64,000 nt of DNA, taken from assembly GCF_964355755.1 (NCBI RefSeq), contig NC_092675.1, forward strand, positions 10,969,812 through 11,033,811, written 5' to 3'. How positions within the stretch are numbered: position 1 is the stretch's first letter; every line of letters starts with the position of its first letter. Source of the stretch: Antedon mediterranea (Eukaryota; Animalia; Echinodermata). The notes below the pieces were generated by a model. That model was given only the letters and a program-made list of their open reading frames with translations, ran no database searches and was not told the DNA's origin. The translations under genes were made by a program, and so were the position numbers. Positions 26,863 through 36,614 of the stretch are shown piece by piece.

Positions 26863-27327
26863 CACGTCAAGTCGGCCCCACGTCAAGTCGGCCCCACGTC
26901 AAGTCGGCCCCACGTCAAGTCGGCCCCACGTCAAGTCGGCCCCACGTCAAGTCGGCCCCACGTCAAGTCGGCCCCACGTCAAGTCGGCCCCACGTCAAGT
27001 CGGCCCCACGTCAAGTCGGCCCCACGTCAAGTCGGCCCCACGTCAAGTCGGCCCCACGTCAAGTCGGCCCCACGTCAAGTCGGCCCCACGTCAAGTCGGC
27101 CCCACGTCAAGTCGGCCCCACGTCAAGTCGGCCCCACGTCAAGTCGGCCCCACGTCAAGTCGGCCCCACGTCAAGTCGGCCCCACGTCAAGTCGGCCCCA
27201 CGTCAAGTCGGCCCCACGTCAAGTCGGCCCCACGTCAAGTCGGCCCCACGTCAAGTCGGCCCCACGTCAAGTCGGCCCCACGTCAAGTCGGCCCCACGTC
27301 AAGTCGGCCCCACGTCAAGTCGGCCCC
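26863..27327. repeat. Perfect 16-bp tandem array, ~29 copies
   Basis: Unit ACGTCAAGTCGGCCCC with no spacers; identical to the MULE subterminal motif. Confidence 0.97.
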
Positions 27328-28303
27328 AATATTATTATTATTATAGCTCCATGGTTCCACCATTTGGCCATAGAAAAATGATCGTACATATCGTTTTCGC
27401 GCCGCGGCTCTAGCCAGCTATGTCCCAGGAGGACACATTCATTAATAAGCTGTTTCATAGCGGTAGCTTTAGTATCTAAGACTGACAGTTTTGTGAATTT
27501 GGAAACTCGACTATAATTTATAGGTAGCTGCTGGACCCAAAAAACGTCTGGGAGAAGAGAGTCTATATGAAAGCCTTTGCTGATAATACAGTATTATTGA
27601 GATGTAGACGGAAATCTGTAAAATCTTGATCAATAAATAATAACTTCGTTTTTGCTGTCAACCAGGCCGGTATTATAATAAGTCACTGTCAAATAAATCA
27701 TTCGATAATGGTCAAAACTTTATTTTGGCTCTGTCAACATAAAGGGAGGTATACAGTATTTACAATGACTTTCTTTGACTGTCAATCTAGGCCAATGTTA
27801 TAATAATACGCCGTCAGATATTAAATCATTGAAACAGTCCTCGTAAATTTTTTGTTGGTTATCAGATGCCGTGGGGGGTCCAATCAATTATCGTCAGAAG
27901 GTGAACAATCAGTCTAGGTAGCAGCAGCAGATTATTAGGAACGCCTGCTCCATTAATTAATCCAGAAAAAGGTTTGTACATTATCTATTTATTTATTAGC
28001 CTTCTCCTAACACAATTATATTTTCTTTAAAAAAAAGGTTTTATAAGTGGTTTCAACATTTATGATAGTAATGTCACAGTTCTGTGTCTGGACGCAAGTT
28101 CATAGACCTACTAGTTATATTATTCATATTAACTGATACTTACTCTTCATTTACCGTAAAGTTCAGTTTTAATGAAATATATAATATAAATTGGCTTCGT
28201 AACAATTAATTAGTTTTGAAAAGGTTAGTTTTTTGGTGATAGGTGAAAATGACATGTAACTTCGTAATCAATTTATTTTTTTTGTATAAAGGCCCAATTA
28301 CAC

Positions 28304-28326
28304 CATGGAGGTATTATACCTCCATG
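28304..28326. mobile_element. 23-bp palindromic P-element-like remnant
   Basis: CATGGAGGTATTATACCTCCATG flanked by 7-bp TSD ATTACAC; absent at the paralogous site in the left arm (~24920-24932). Confidence 0.8.
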
Positions 28327-28920
28327 ATTACACTATGACGATAACGACGGACGATAAATATATAGCATGCATTTTTTTTTACATAAACCAAAAGAAATTA
28401 GAAAGGTTTTCGTTCTAGACCTATAGGATAATCATTTATGCTGTCTTTGATAAAAATAATGTTTTTCAAATTCCAATCAAATGACGTCATGATAAATAAA
28501 AACAATAAAATCGGTATATTGTCACGATATTATTGGTCTTACTAATCATGACGTCATTTGATTGGACGTGTGAAAATATAATTTTCATCAAAGGAATTGT
28601 TTATATTTCTTTTGGTTTATGTATTAAAAATGCACATTTGTCTATTTATCGTCGATCGTTATCGTCCTAGTGTATGGGCCTTATGCTGTAAATGTTCAAT
28701 TAATTGATCATTCCGATTTTATTAGTTGGACTCTTGCGCAGTTGCTGTCTAATCGTTGTTGTGTAATATCATTTCGAACCATATTAAAATCATAAAGAGA
28801 TTCATATTCCTTAACATGTGGCTGTGCATGGAAGTCTGGTCTACACAAACTCGGCCCCGGGCCTGAAAGTGTTGGTGAATTCATAATTATACTTAATATT
28901 ATATTTATATATATATATAT

Positions 28921-29099
28921 AAATCCAAAGGCAAATTACTGAAAAAAATGACAATGCTGTGGGTATCAGTGGCTGGATCTCAATGGAGATACAAAAATAA
29001 AAAGCGAAAAGCTAAATCAAAACGATAAAGTAAACAGCCAGAAAAGTTAACAGAGCTTTCGGGCAACACTAGCCCTTCATCAGTGCAAGTGATTATAAA
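28921..29099 (-). mobile_element. Short hammerhead-bearing insert (Penelope pLTR-like), right arm only
   Basis: ~180 bp absent from the left arm at ~24320; inserted in a TA-rich tract; contains the hammerhead listed below. Confidence 0.7.
29047..29088 (-). ncRNA. Minimal type I hammerhead ribozyme
   Basis: Minus strand TTGCA-CTGATGA-AGGGC-TAGTGTT-GCCC-GAAA-GCTC-TGTTAA: complete core, GGGC/GCCC helix II, palindromic AGCT helix III, CUC cleavage triplet. Confidence 0.8.
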
Positions 29100-31148
29100 T
29101 ATATTATTATACAATTGAAAGCAAAACCCGTTGAATCTCAAATCATTAGGACTAGAAATGTGGCTTATCAATCAAATAAATACTTTCGTTCAAAATGAAA
29201 CTCCAACCTCTCTAATCAAAAGATTGAACTCGAAAACGGACCGTTTTTTTTAATTGGGTATGTTGAAACATTTCAATATTCATTTAAAAAAGTACATTAA
29301 TTATGGTATTGATCAGTGGCTATAGAGGCGTAAAAACCCTCGGTCAATATCATGTAAAATGCACTGTGGAAGGGTCATTATTAAGACTGCAAAATTGGGC
29401 TTATCAACAAATAAATACTTTCGTTCAAAATGTAAAATCAAGGCTGAAAAATTGGGCTTATCAACAACAAAATATTTTATTATTAGACGCGATAACATCA
29501 AGGATAATCAGTATAATTATTAATATAGCCACTGTTACTTATAGTTTTATTCTACATGCTAAAGTAAATAAAAATCCACTAGAAAACAAACAAGTCTGAA
29601 TGTTATGCTTATTAGCCATGTTATGTTTGTTACTGTAGGCCTATGATTGTTTGTAATGTCCACATATTATTTCCGTGGGCATATCCATAGTGTATCACTC
29701 ACAAAAAAGACGTGTGAGGTTCTTTCTTTAGATTTTGAAGAATGATTTGTGTTACAGGTTGACACAAGAGTCAAATGCTCAAGATATCGGCTAACGCCAT
29801 GGGACCCTTGGCTTATCAATGAATAATAAATACAGTACTACTTTCGTTTAATTGAAATCGGAATCTGACCGTTTCATTAAATTGGGTGTGATTAGGCCTA
29901 AACATAATAATTTATTAAAAAGGTACAATAAAAACAAATGCATCAGAGGCGTAAAGAACCCACGGTCAATATCATATAAAATGTATATGGTATAAGCACT
30001 GTGGTGGAAGGGTCATTATATTAAACTGGAAAATTCGGCTTATCAACAAATAAATACTTTCGTTTAAAATGTAAAATAAGACTGCAAAATTGGGCTTATC
30101 AACAAATAAATACTTTCGTTCAAAATGTAAAATAAGACTGCACAATTGGGCTTACCAACAAATAAAATACTTTTTAAAAAAAATGTAAAATTAAGACTGG
30201 AAAATTGGGCTTATAAACAAATAAATACTTTTTTTCAAAATGTAAAATTAAGACTGGAAAATTGGGCTTATAAACAAATAAATACTTCCGTTCAAAATGT
30301 AAGAAAATATTTTTTAAATATAATCCTTAAGCTCTGTCTATACTATCAAACTAAATATGATGTGCCCATATTATATAGACATGACGATGTCATATCACTA
30401 CGATAATCGGGCATATCACTACCATATTTGGGCACATCACACTTTTTTGGTTAAACTAGTTGGGACAGTGTAGACACAGAACTATGTGATCGAAACATAA
30501 GTCGGAATTGGACTGACGCGATTGATTTAATTGGGTATTTTTATTAATGTAATGATTCATTAAAAACTATAATACCGATACGCGTTTGGTATTGATCAAT
30601 GGTGCAAAAAACCCTGAGAAATAATGTTATAACGCGATTTGGTGATAGCTTAGCAATAATACAACCCATACTATTATTATAAATAACTATTACAAATCCA
30701 TTCATATAACTTTTCATCGCGAACCGAAAATGTATAAATGTTATTCTACAGACAGTAATTATATATTCAAAAGCCATATTATTATTATTATCAATACCTA
30801 AATGCGATAGTAATAACCACATACATTATTCCCAATACAAGTTTGTGCGTTTAATTCTAGAAAGAAACGACTGTGCTGACAGGCCAATGACATAAATCAC
30901 AAGTAAAGTCCCAATTGTTCACTTGCGTTTTGATTGGCCGACCTATTATATTAGATTAATGAAGACTGTTCTTACAACTGTCCAGTCAAAAAGTTACGCG
31001 GCGTTTTTTGTAAGAAATATTTCTTGTTTAGTCCATGATTTGTGTTTTTAAAAAAGGGGAAAACACGTAGCAGTTGTAGATATCGAAATAGCTGCCAAAT
31101 GCGCAGCTAGGAATTGGTTTCAGATGTTGTCGCCTAATCAAATGCATA

Positions 31149-32005
31149 TGTTATGCGCGATTTGAACGATTTGCGCAATTTAAAATTGCGCAAAAAATTC
31201 CTTGCGCAATTTGAAATTGCACAAAGAATTCTTGCGCAATTTGAAATTGCGCACGTATTTTCTTGCGCAATATTAAATTGCGCAATCAACTTGCGCAATA
31301 TCAAATTGCGCAAGAAAATCCTTGCGCAATTTCAAATTGCGCTGCACAATTTGTAAAATTGTCAAATTGCGCAGCAGAATTCTACCAGAATGCGTGCTAA
31401 CGTTGACGATCGGTTAACAATAATAATTTATTCGAAACTAATAACTCAAAATGAAACATAATAAATGCGAAGATAACATGTGTATAATACACAACATAAA
31501 TGGCATACACAATTAAATAATATTATCACTCTCATTGTAACTTAAAATAAATCAAAATAAATTAATCAAAAATTAATGTAGTCTAGTAAATACACAACAT
31601 AGTCTACCGCCACCAACGGTTAGACTTGCTATCAAAACATAGCCAGTAGTAGGAGGCTAGAGTAGTATTAGCCGCCCGCCGTGCACGTGCCCGCCGGGAA
31701 CTCCACCTTTGTGGTCCTTTGTCGGGTCTTCGACGGTATGCTAACAATAACAATATTTTCACTACTATAAAAAATAAGGAAATGCGATATTATCTTTAAT
31801 TTTGAATCATTCTTAGAAATTACTATAAAAATATGGGTGTGCATGATTTCACAATCTGTCGAAAAAAACCTTGCGCAATTTGCAGATTACTTGCGCAATT
31901 TAATACGTTGCTTGCGCAATTTGAAACAGATGTTTCAATTCAAATTGCGCAAGGAATTCTTTGCGCAATTTTAAATTGCGCAAATCGTTCAAATCGCGCA
32001 TAACA
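31149..32005. mobile_element. Ginger-like non-autonomous element
   Basis: TGTTATGCGCGATTTGAACGATTTGCGCAA / TTGCGCAAATCGTTCAAATCGCGCATAACA; TGT...ACA termini; 4-bp TSD CATA (31145-31148; 32006-32009); arrays of TTGCGCAA palindromes. Confidence 0.75.
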
Positions 32006-32037
32006 CATACACTGAAGAAATCTATGCGTGATTCAAC

Positions 32038-32068
32038 CATGGAGTTAACATTATTTAATACCTCAATG
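32038..32068. mobile_element. 31-bp P-element-like remnant
   Basis: CATGGAGTTAACATTATTTAATACCTCAATG between 7-bp direct repeats ATTCAAC (32031-32037; 32069-32075). Confidence 0.7.
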
Positions 32069-32324
32069 ATTCAACCAAACAATCTTATTACACCTAATAA
32101 ACGTCCTGACGCACGAACGAACATACGCGCCCACGTACGTGCATCATCATTATTGGGTCTACAATGTGTTCCTATTTATTTTCCAAATGTTCATATTGTA
32201 ATCATTAATAGTATGAATGCTAGCTTATTAATCAATTGTTTGTTTATTTTATTAAACGTAAATAAAGGAAAGATGGTGAAATCCTTCTTATTTTTTTTGC
32301 TAAATGTATTATTGTCTAAATAAT

Positions 32325-32804
32325 GCAACCTTACGAATACGATAACGAAAACGGATACGTCACACATTTGTGAAACTTTTGAGCTGATCCCCATTTCATA
32401 TTCGTAAAGCGTATTCGTGTTGACGAATATCACCAGTCATATTCGTAACTACAAAACGAGTATAGTTTTTGATCTATTTTGCACATTTTGCATTTGAATC
32501 AGGAATGATTCATGATTATAATATTATTTATTGAAAGTAATTTACTAAAGTAATTTACTAAAATGCCTGGTCAATTTTGATAAATAGCAGTTTTTAAAGT
32601 CCTCACTCGCTTTGATGTTACGCTAGGCCTAGGCAGCCAAGCACCAAGCAACACGTACCTGCGCTTCGCTCAAATTTACCGCAGTCATATTTTGGACGGC
32701 GCCCTCAATATTTCGTTACCATGCGAAACAGATTTTTACTGGCTTACGAAAACGAATACGTGTGCGTGACGTATCCGTTTTTGTTATTGTATTCGTAAGA
32801 TTGC
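32325..32804. mobile_element. TIR MITE (possibly Harbinger-like)
   Basis: GCAACCTTACGAATACGATAACGAAAACGGATACGTCAC / GTGACGTATCCGTTTTTGTTATTGTATTCGTAAGATTGC; absent from the sister MULE copy; TSD unclear. Confidence 0.65.
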
Positions 32805-34022
32805 GAAACCTCTCTAATATCAATATTCATTAAAAGTCAGAATTATTCATAGTTAAAATGTGAAGAAATATTATTTTATCAATCCCCTTCCTTTGGACCT
32901 TTTGCATTCCATACTTTAACGGGGCCGAGTTGACCGATTATTTTTTGGCCGAGTTGACGTGAGGCCGAGTTGACTTGAGGCCGAGTTGACTTGAGGCCGA
33001 CTTGACTTGGGGCTGACTTGACTTGGGGCCGACTTGACTTTGGCCGAGACGGTTTAGGGCTGACTTGGATCGAAATCCCTGTACCCATGCCAACTCGTAC
33101 CCACCATCAACTCGTACCCAAATGTTGGCTTACTCGTACCCACAATTTTGGCTCATTTGTACTCATTATGGGCTGGCTCGTAACGTACCCATCATGGGCT
33201 GGTCCGTACCCATGTTCAATGGGAGTATGGTCGAAGCGGCCGCCAGTTTAATATCGTCATTTGTATGGAACGCCATGTGCGCTTTAATCTTTGATGGCCT
33301 ATGGCGAGTTGAGTTACAGCTGTATGTATGATCAAACCAATAAATATATTAAGCCAAATCATGTACTATCGAATCTTTATATTTCTATAATAATTAAGTT
33401 TGCCTGCCAATAAATCAATGTAGCCTATATTTTATTTGTATTTTAATATTAACTAACTAAATATATTTACATATACTATCGAATCATTAATAATTTACGT
33501 TTGCATCATAATCTACATACATTAGCAGTGAAGGGAAAAAATAACGTTGAACTGAATCGACGTTTCTTGAGCACTCTCCTATCGAATCTTTATACAGTAT
33601 TGCAATAATAATTTACGTACGGTATTGCCGAATCCTTTTATCTCTTTTACATACTATCGAATCTTCATACAGTATTGCAATAATAATTTACGTACGGTAT
33701 TGCCGATCTTTATATCTCATTTAGATACTATCGAATCTTCATACAGTATTGCATTAATAATTTACGTACGGTATTGCCGAATATTTATATCTCATTTACA
33801 TACTATCGAATCTTTATACAGTATTGCATTAATTATTTACGTACGGTATTGCCGAATCCTTATATCTCATTTACATACTATCAAATCTTTATACAGTGTA
33901 TTGCATTAATAATTTACGTACGGTATTGCCGAATATTTATATCTCATTTACTACTATCGAATCTTTATACAGTATTGCATTAATAATTTACGTACGGTAT
34001 TGCCGAATATTTATATCTCATT

Positions 34023-35173
34023 CAGGGCTCGATATTTCACTAGTCCGGCGTACAATGTCTAGTTAAAACTGCTCTGGGTTAGTCAATCTTCCACCCATCA
34101 AGCCCGGGTGTCTAGTGTGTAAATAATTAGGCTAGAGAATATTTAGGCCTAGACTTTTAAAATGCATTATTAAAATACTCTAGCCACTGGCCTAATTTTT
34201 TGTAGTCCATCATTTTTATAGAGCGCCTTCGCAATCACGTTCCTCGTTAACGAAGGAGAGCAACTAATCACGCTCCTTAAATCAGCGTGTCAAGTCACCA
34301 ATAAGGGGATTCCCCTGTCTGCTTTCAAGTGCCAATTTACTTCCATTACACCTCACAGTGTATCCAGTGCGGTGTCAGATAAATACCTCAACTAGTCTTT
34401 TAAGCCAGAACAAGTACCAACCAAATGGTTGCTTTTATTGAACAAATCAATTTTAATGTATAAAATATAGTTAATAAAATTTTTTTTTAATAGAAGTAGG
34501 CCTATGTTTATTAATTAGAGGAAGATGCTTCACTTCTGTCTTTGGAATTTTAATTAATTTTTTTCTCCGAAAAAAATCAACCAATTTGGTTACCCAAATT
34601 TAGTGACAAAACATGTGCTCTAGTCTCACCATCCCAGCAGCTGGTCTAGCTCTTCTAGTCATAGTCATAGTCATAGCAAAGATAATAAAAGGATAAGATA
34701 CAACAGTTCCGTTGGCGGTGTAAACCACATCCGGGTTACTATTTGCCTACGCCTGAAGGTGGCGCATTTCTTTTTCTCTAGAAGTGGTGCGCCACCTTCA
34801 GGCGTGGGTAAGGTAAAACTTTTATTGTAAATATCTATAAAAATGCAAACGATGATTATTTATCAAAATAATTATCAAAATATTAATAATATCAAAATTA
34901 GTAGAGCACAGACGCGAGAACACATCAGATCATCACGATACATCGAAACGTGGGATTAGACGGGAACCATATCTAGAGCCCGCCGTCGTTCGGCTGCTGG
35001 ATTCTTACGCGTCCATGAATAAGCGTCCGCGTTTCCTATCCTTCTATGTATAACAGCGCGTACTGTTGATTCTTTCCCTATTTATATTCTTTGGTCATAG
35101 TCATAGTCATATATACTTTATTGTCCATTTAAGAAACAGAAATGTGATTTGAAAACTGGCAAAATACAAAAAT

Positions 35174-35211
<38 letters not shown>

Positions 35212-35717
35212 ATGATATACTTAGTAACTTGTCATTATTTTTTTTGTATTACTTTGTGAAATACAGGTACTTTTTTGTTTTTAATTTCTAGGCCTAGTTC
35301 TAGGCCTAGATAGCCCAATTATACTTTATAGGCCTAGCCTAGCTAGCCAGAGTATGCCTGGTTGGCCAATGGCACCCAGTCAAGTTAGGCCATGGCCGGA
35401 TTTCTATAAAAAAATTACCGCAGTATAGTGAGGATAGTGGGGTTGGGCGGTCATATTTTATTTGAAATACAGTACAAGGAGAGCAATTTAGTGCATTCAC
35501 TCATGCTTTACATGATAAACTTTTTGTCTGTGGCACTACTGTATTTATAAACTAACTAGAACTTACAGTAGTTTAGTTAGTTTTGATTCAGGTGTGCGGT
35601 ATATACCCAGTAAGATTTAGTCAATAAGCGGACTAGTGAAACATCCAGTGGGCTAGTGAAACTCACATTGAACAAGCCCAGTGGTCTAGCTAGTAAAATT
35701 TCAAAAATCGAGCCCTG
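34023..35717. mobile_element. hAT-like MITE with a 5-bp TSD
   Basis: TIR CAGGGCTCGAT / ATCGAGCCCTG; TSD TCATT on both sides. Neighbouring minisatellite units show the empty site ATCTCATTTACA. Confidence 0.85.
34677..35093. mobile_element. P-element-like MITE
   Basis: CAAAGATAATAAAAGG / CCTATTTATATTCTTTG termini (CA...TG), flanked by GTCATAG within a (TCATAG)n tract; internal hairpin ACGCCTGAAGGTGGCGCA...TGCGCCACCTTCAGGCGT. Confidence 0.6.
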
Positions 35718-36614
35718 TCATTTACATACTATCGAATCTTCATACAGATATTGCAATAATAATTTACGTACGGTATTGCCGAATATTTATATCTCATTTA
35801 CATACTATCGAATCTTTATACAGTATTGCATTAATAATTTACGTACAGTATTGCCGAATATTTACATTCATACTGTCAAATCTTTATACAGTATTGCAAT
35901 AATAATTTACGTACGGTATTGCCGAATATTTATATCTCATTTACATACGATCGAACCTTCATACAGTATTGCATTAATAATTTACGTACGGTATTGCCGA
36001 ATCTTTATATCTCGTTTACACTGTACTATCGAATCTTGGTTTTTATTATTAGTAATATAGGGTGTGTTATACATGTAAGTGTTATTCCATTGTAATACAT
36101 TGTTTGTGTTTTCAATAAAGCAACGTGAGACGAAAACGCGACCTTCTACAGCACTATTCCTGGCCGGCCGCCAGTCGAGTTATTAGCAGAAATTTGCGAA
36201 ATTAATTACCCTACCGTACAGACACTTGCATCTTATTTTATTATTTAAAACTCATTTTAAATTGATCAATATTTTTATATCTGAAGGTATAAAACAATTT
36301 AGGATATTAAATGAATAAATTGATGTCATTATGTTATTGTAATTAAATTATGATTGCGAACATGTACAGTACTACAGTAGTTACTTTACTAATTAATTAA
36401 TATACAATAACAAATATATATATTTTGATATACTTTATTGAAAAAATATATACATTATTCTTAATAATTGGCTTATTATATATTATATTTATATATTATA
36501 TTTAAATATACAATATAAAAAAACCACAATGTATTTTATTGACTGTATTAAACATATATATCATTTAGAACAGTCTACAAGCATGTGTATGCGAGTTTGG
36601 TGTAATGGTTATGT

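Larger units (their letters stand above)
21271..31030. repeat. Large inverted duplication: arms 21271-25799 and 27394-31030
   Basis: TAAACAAGAAATATTTCTTACAAAAAACGCCGCG... at 21271 is mirrored ending at 31030; ...GAGCCGCGGCGCGAAAA at 25799 is mirrored from 27394. Arms are colinear apart from arm-specific insertions and small indels. Confidence 0.95.
26809..33077 (+). mobile_element. MULE-like MITE expanded to 6.3 kb by captured DNA and insertions
   Basis: Ends GGTGCAGGTCAAGTCGGCCCC / GGGCTGACTTGGATCGAAATC; 9-bp TSD CCTGTACCG (26800-26808) / CCTGTACCC (33078-33086). Same family as 55590-56369. Confidence 0.8.
33580..36040. repeat. ~75-bp minisatellite, split by the insertion at 34023-35717
   Basis: Unit TACTATCGAATCTTTATACAGTATTGCATTAATAATTTACGTACGGTATTGCCGAATATTTATATCTCATTTACA; about 6 copies before and 4 after the insertion. 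Confidence 0.92.

Noticed and set aside
26810-27346. 178-aa ORF and CRISPR-like appearance
   Set aside because: Pure 16-bp tandem repeat with no spacers; the ORF is a by-product of a stop-free unit, and there are no cas genes in this eukaryotic context.
29303-30822. ORFs duplicated with 21481, 23130 and 23661 suggesting a gene family
   Set aside because: Explained by the inverted duplication and the 57-bp minisatellite; no protein motifs.
33625-36060. Repetitive ORFs (IIYVRYCRIFISHL...) and possible CRISPR
   Set aside because: Translations of a 75-bp minisatellite; no unique spacers.
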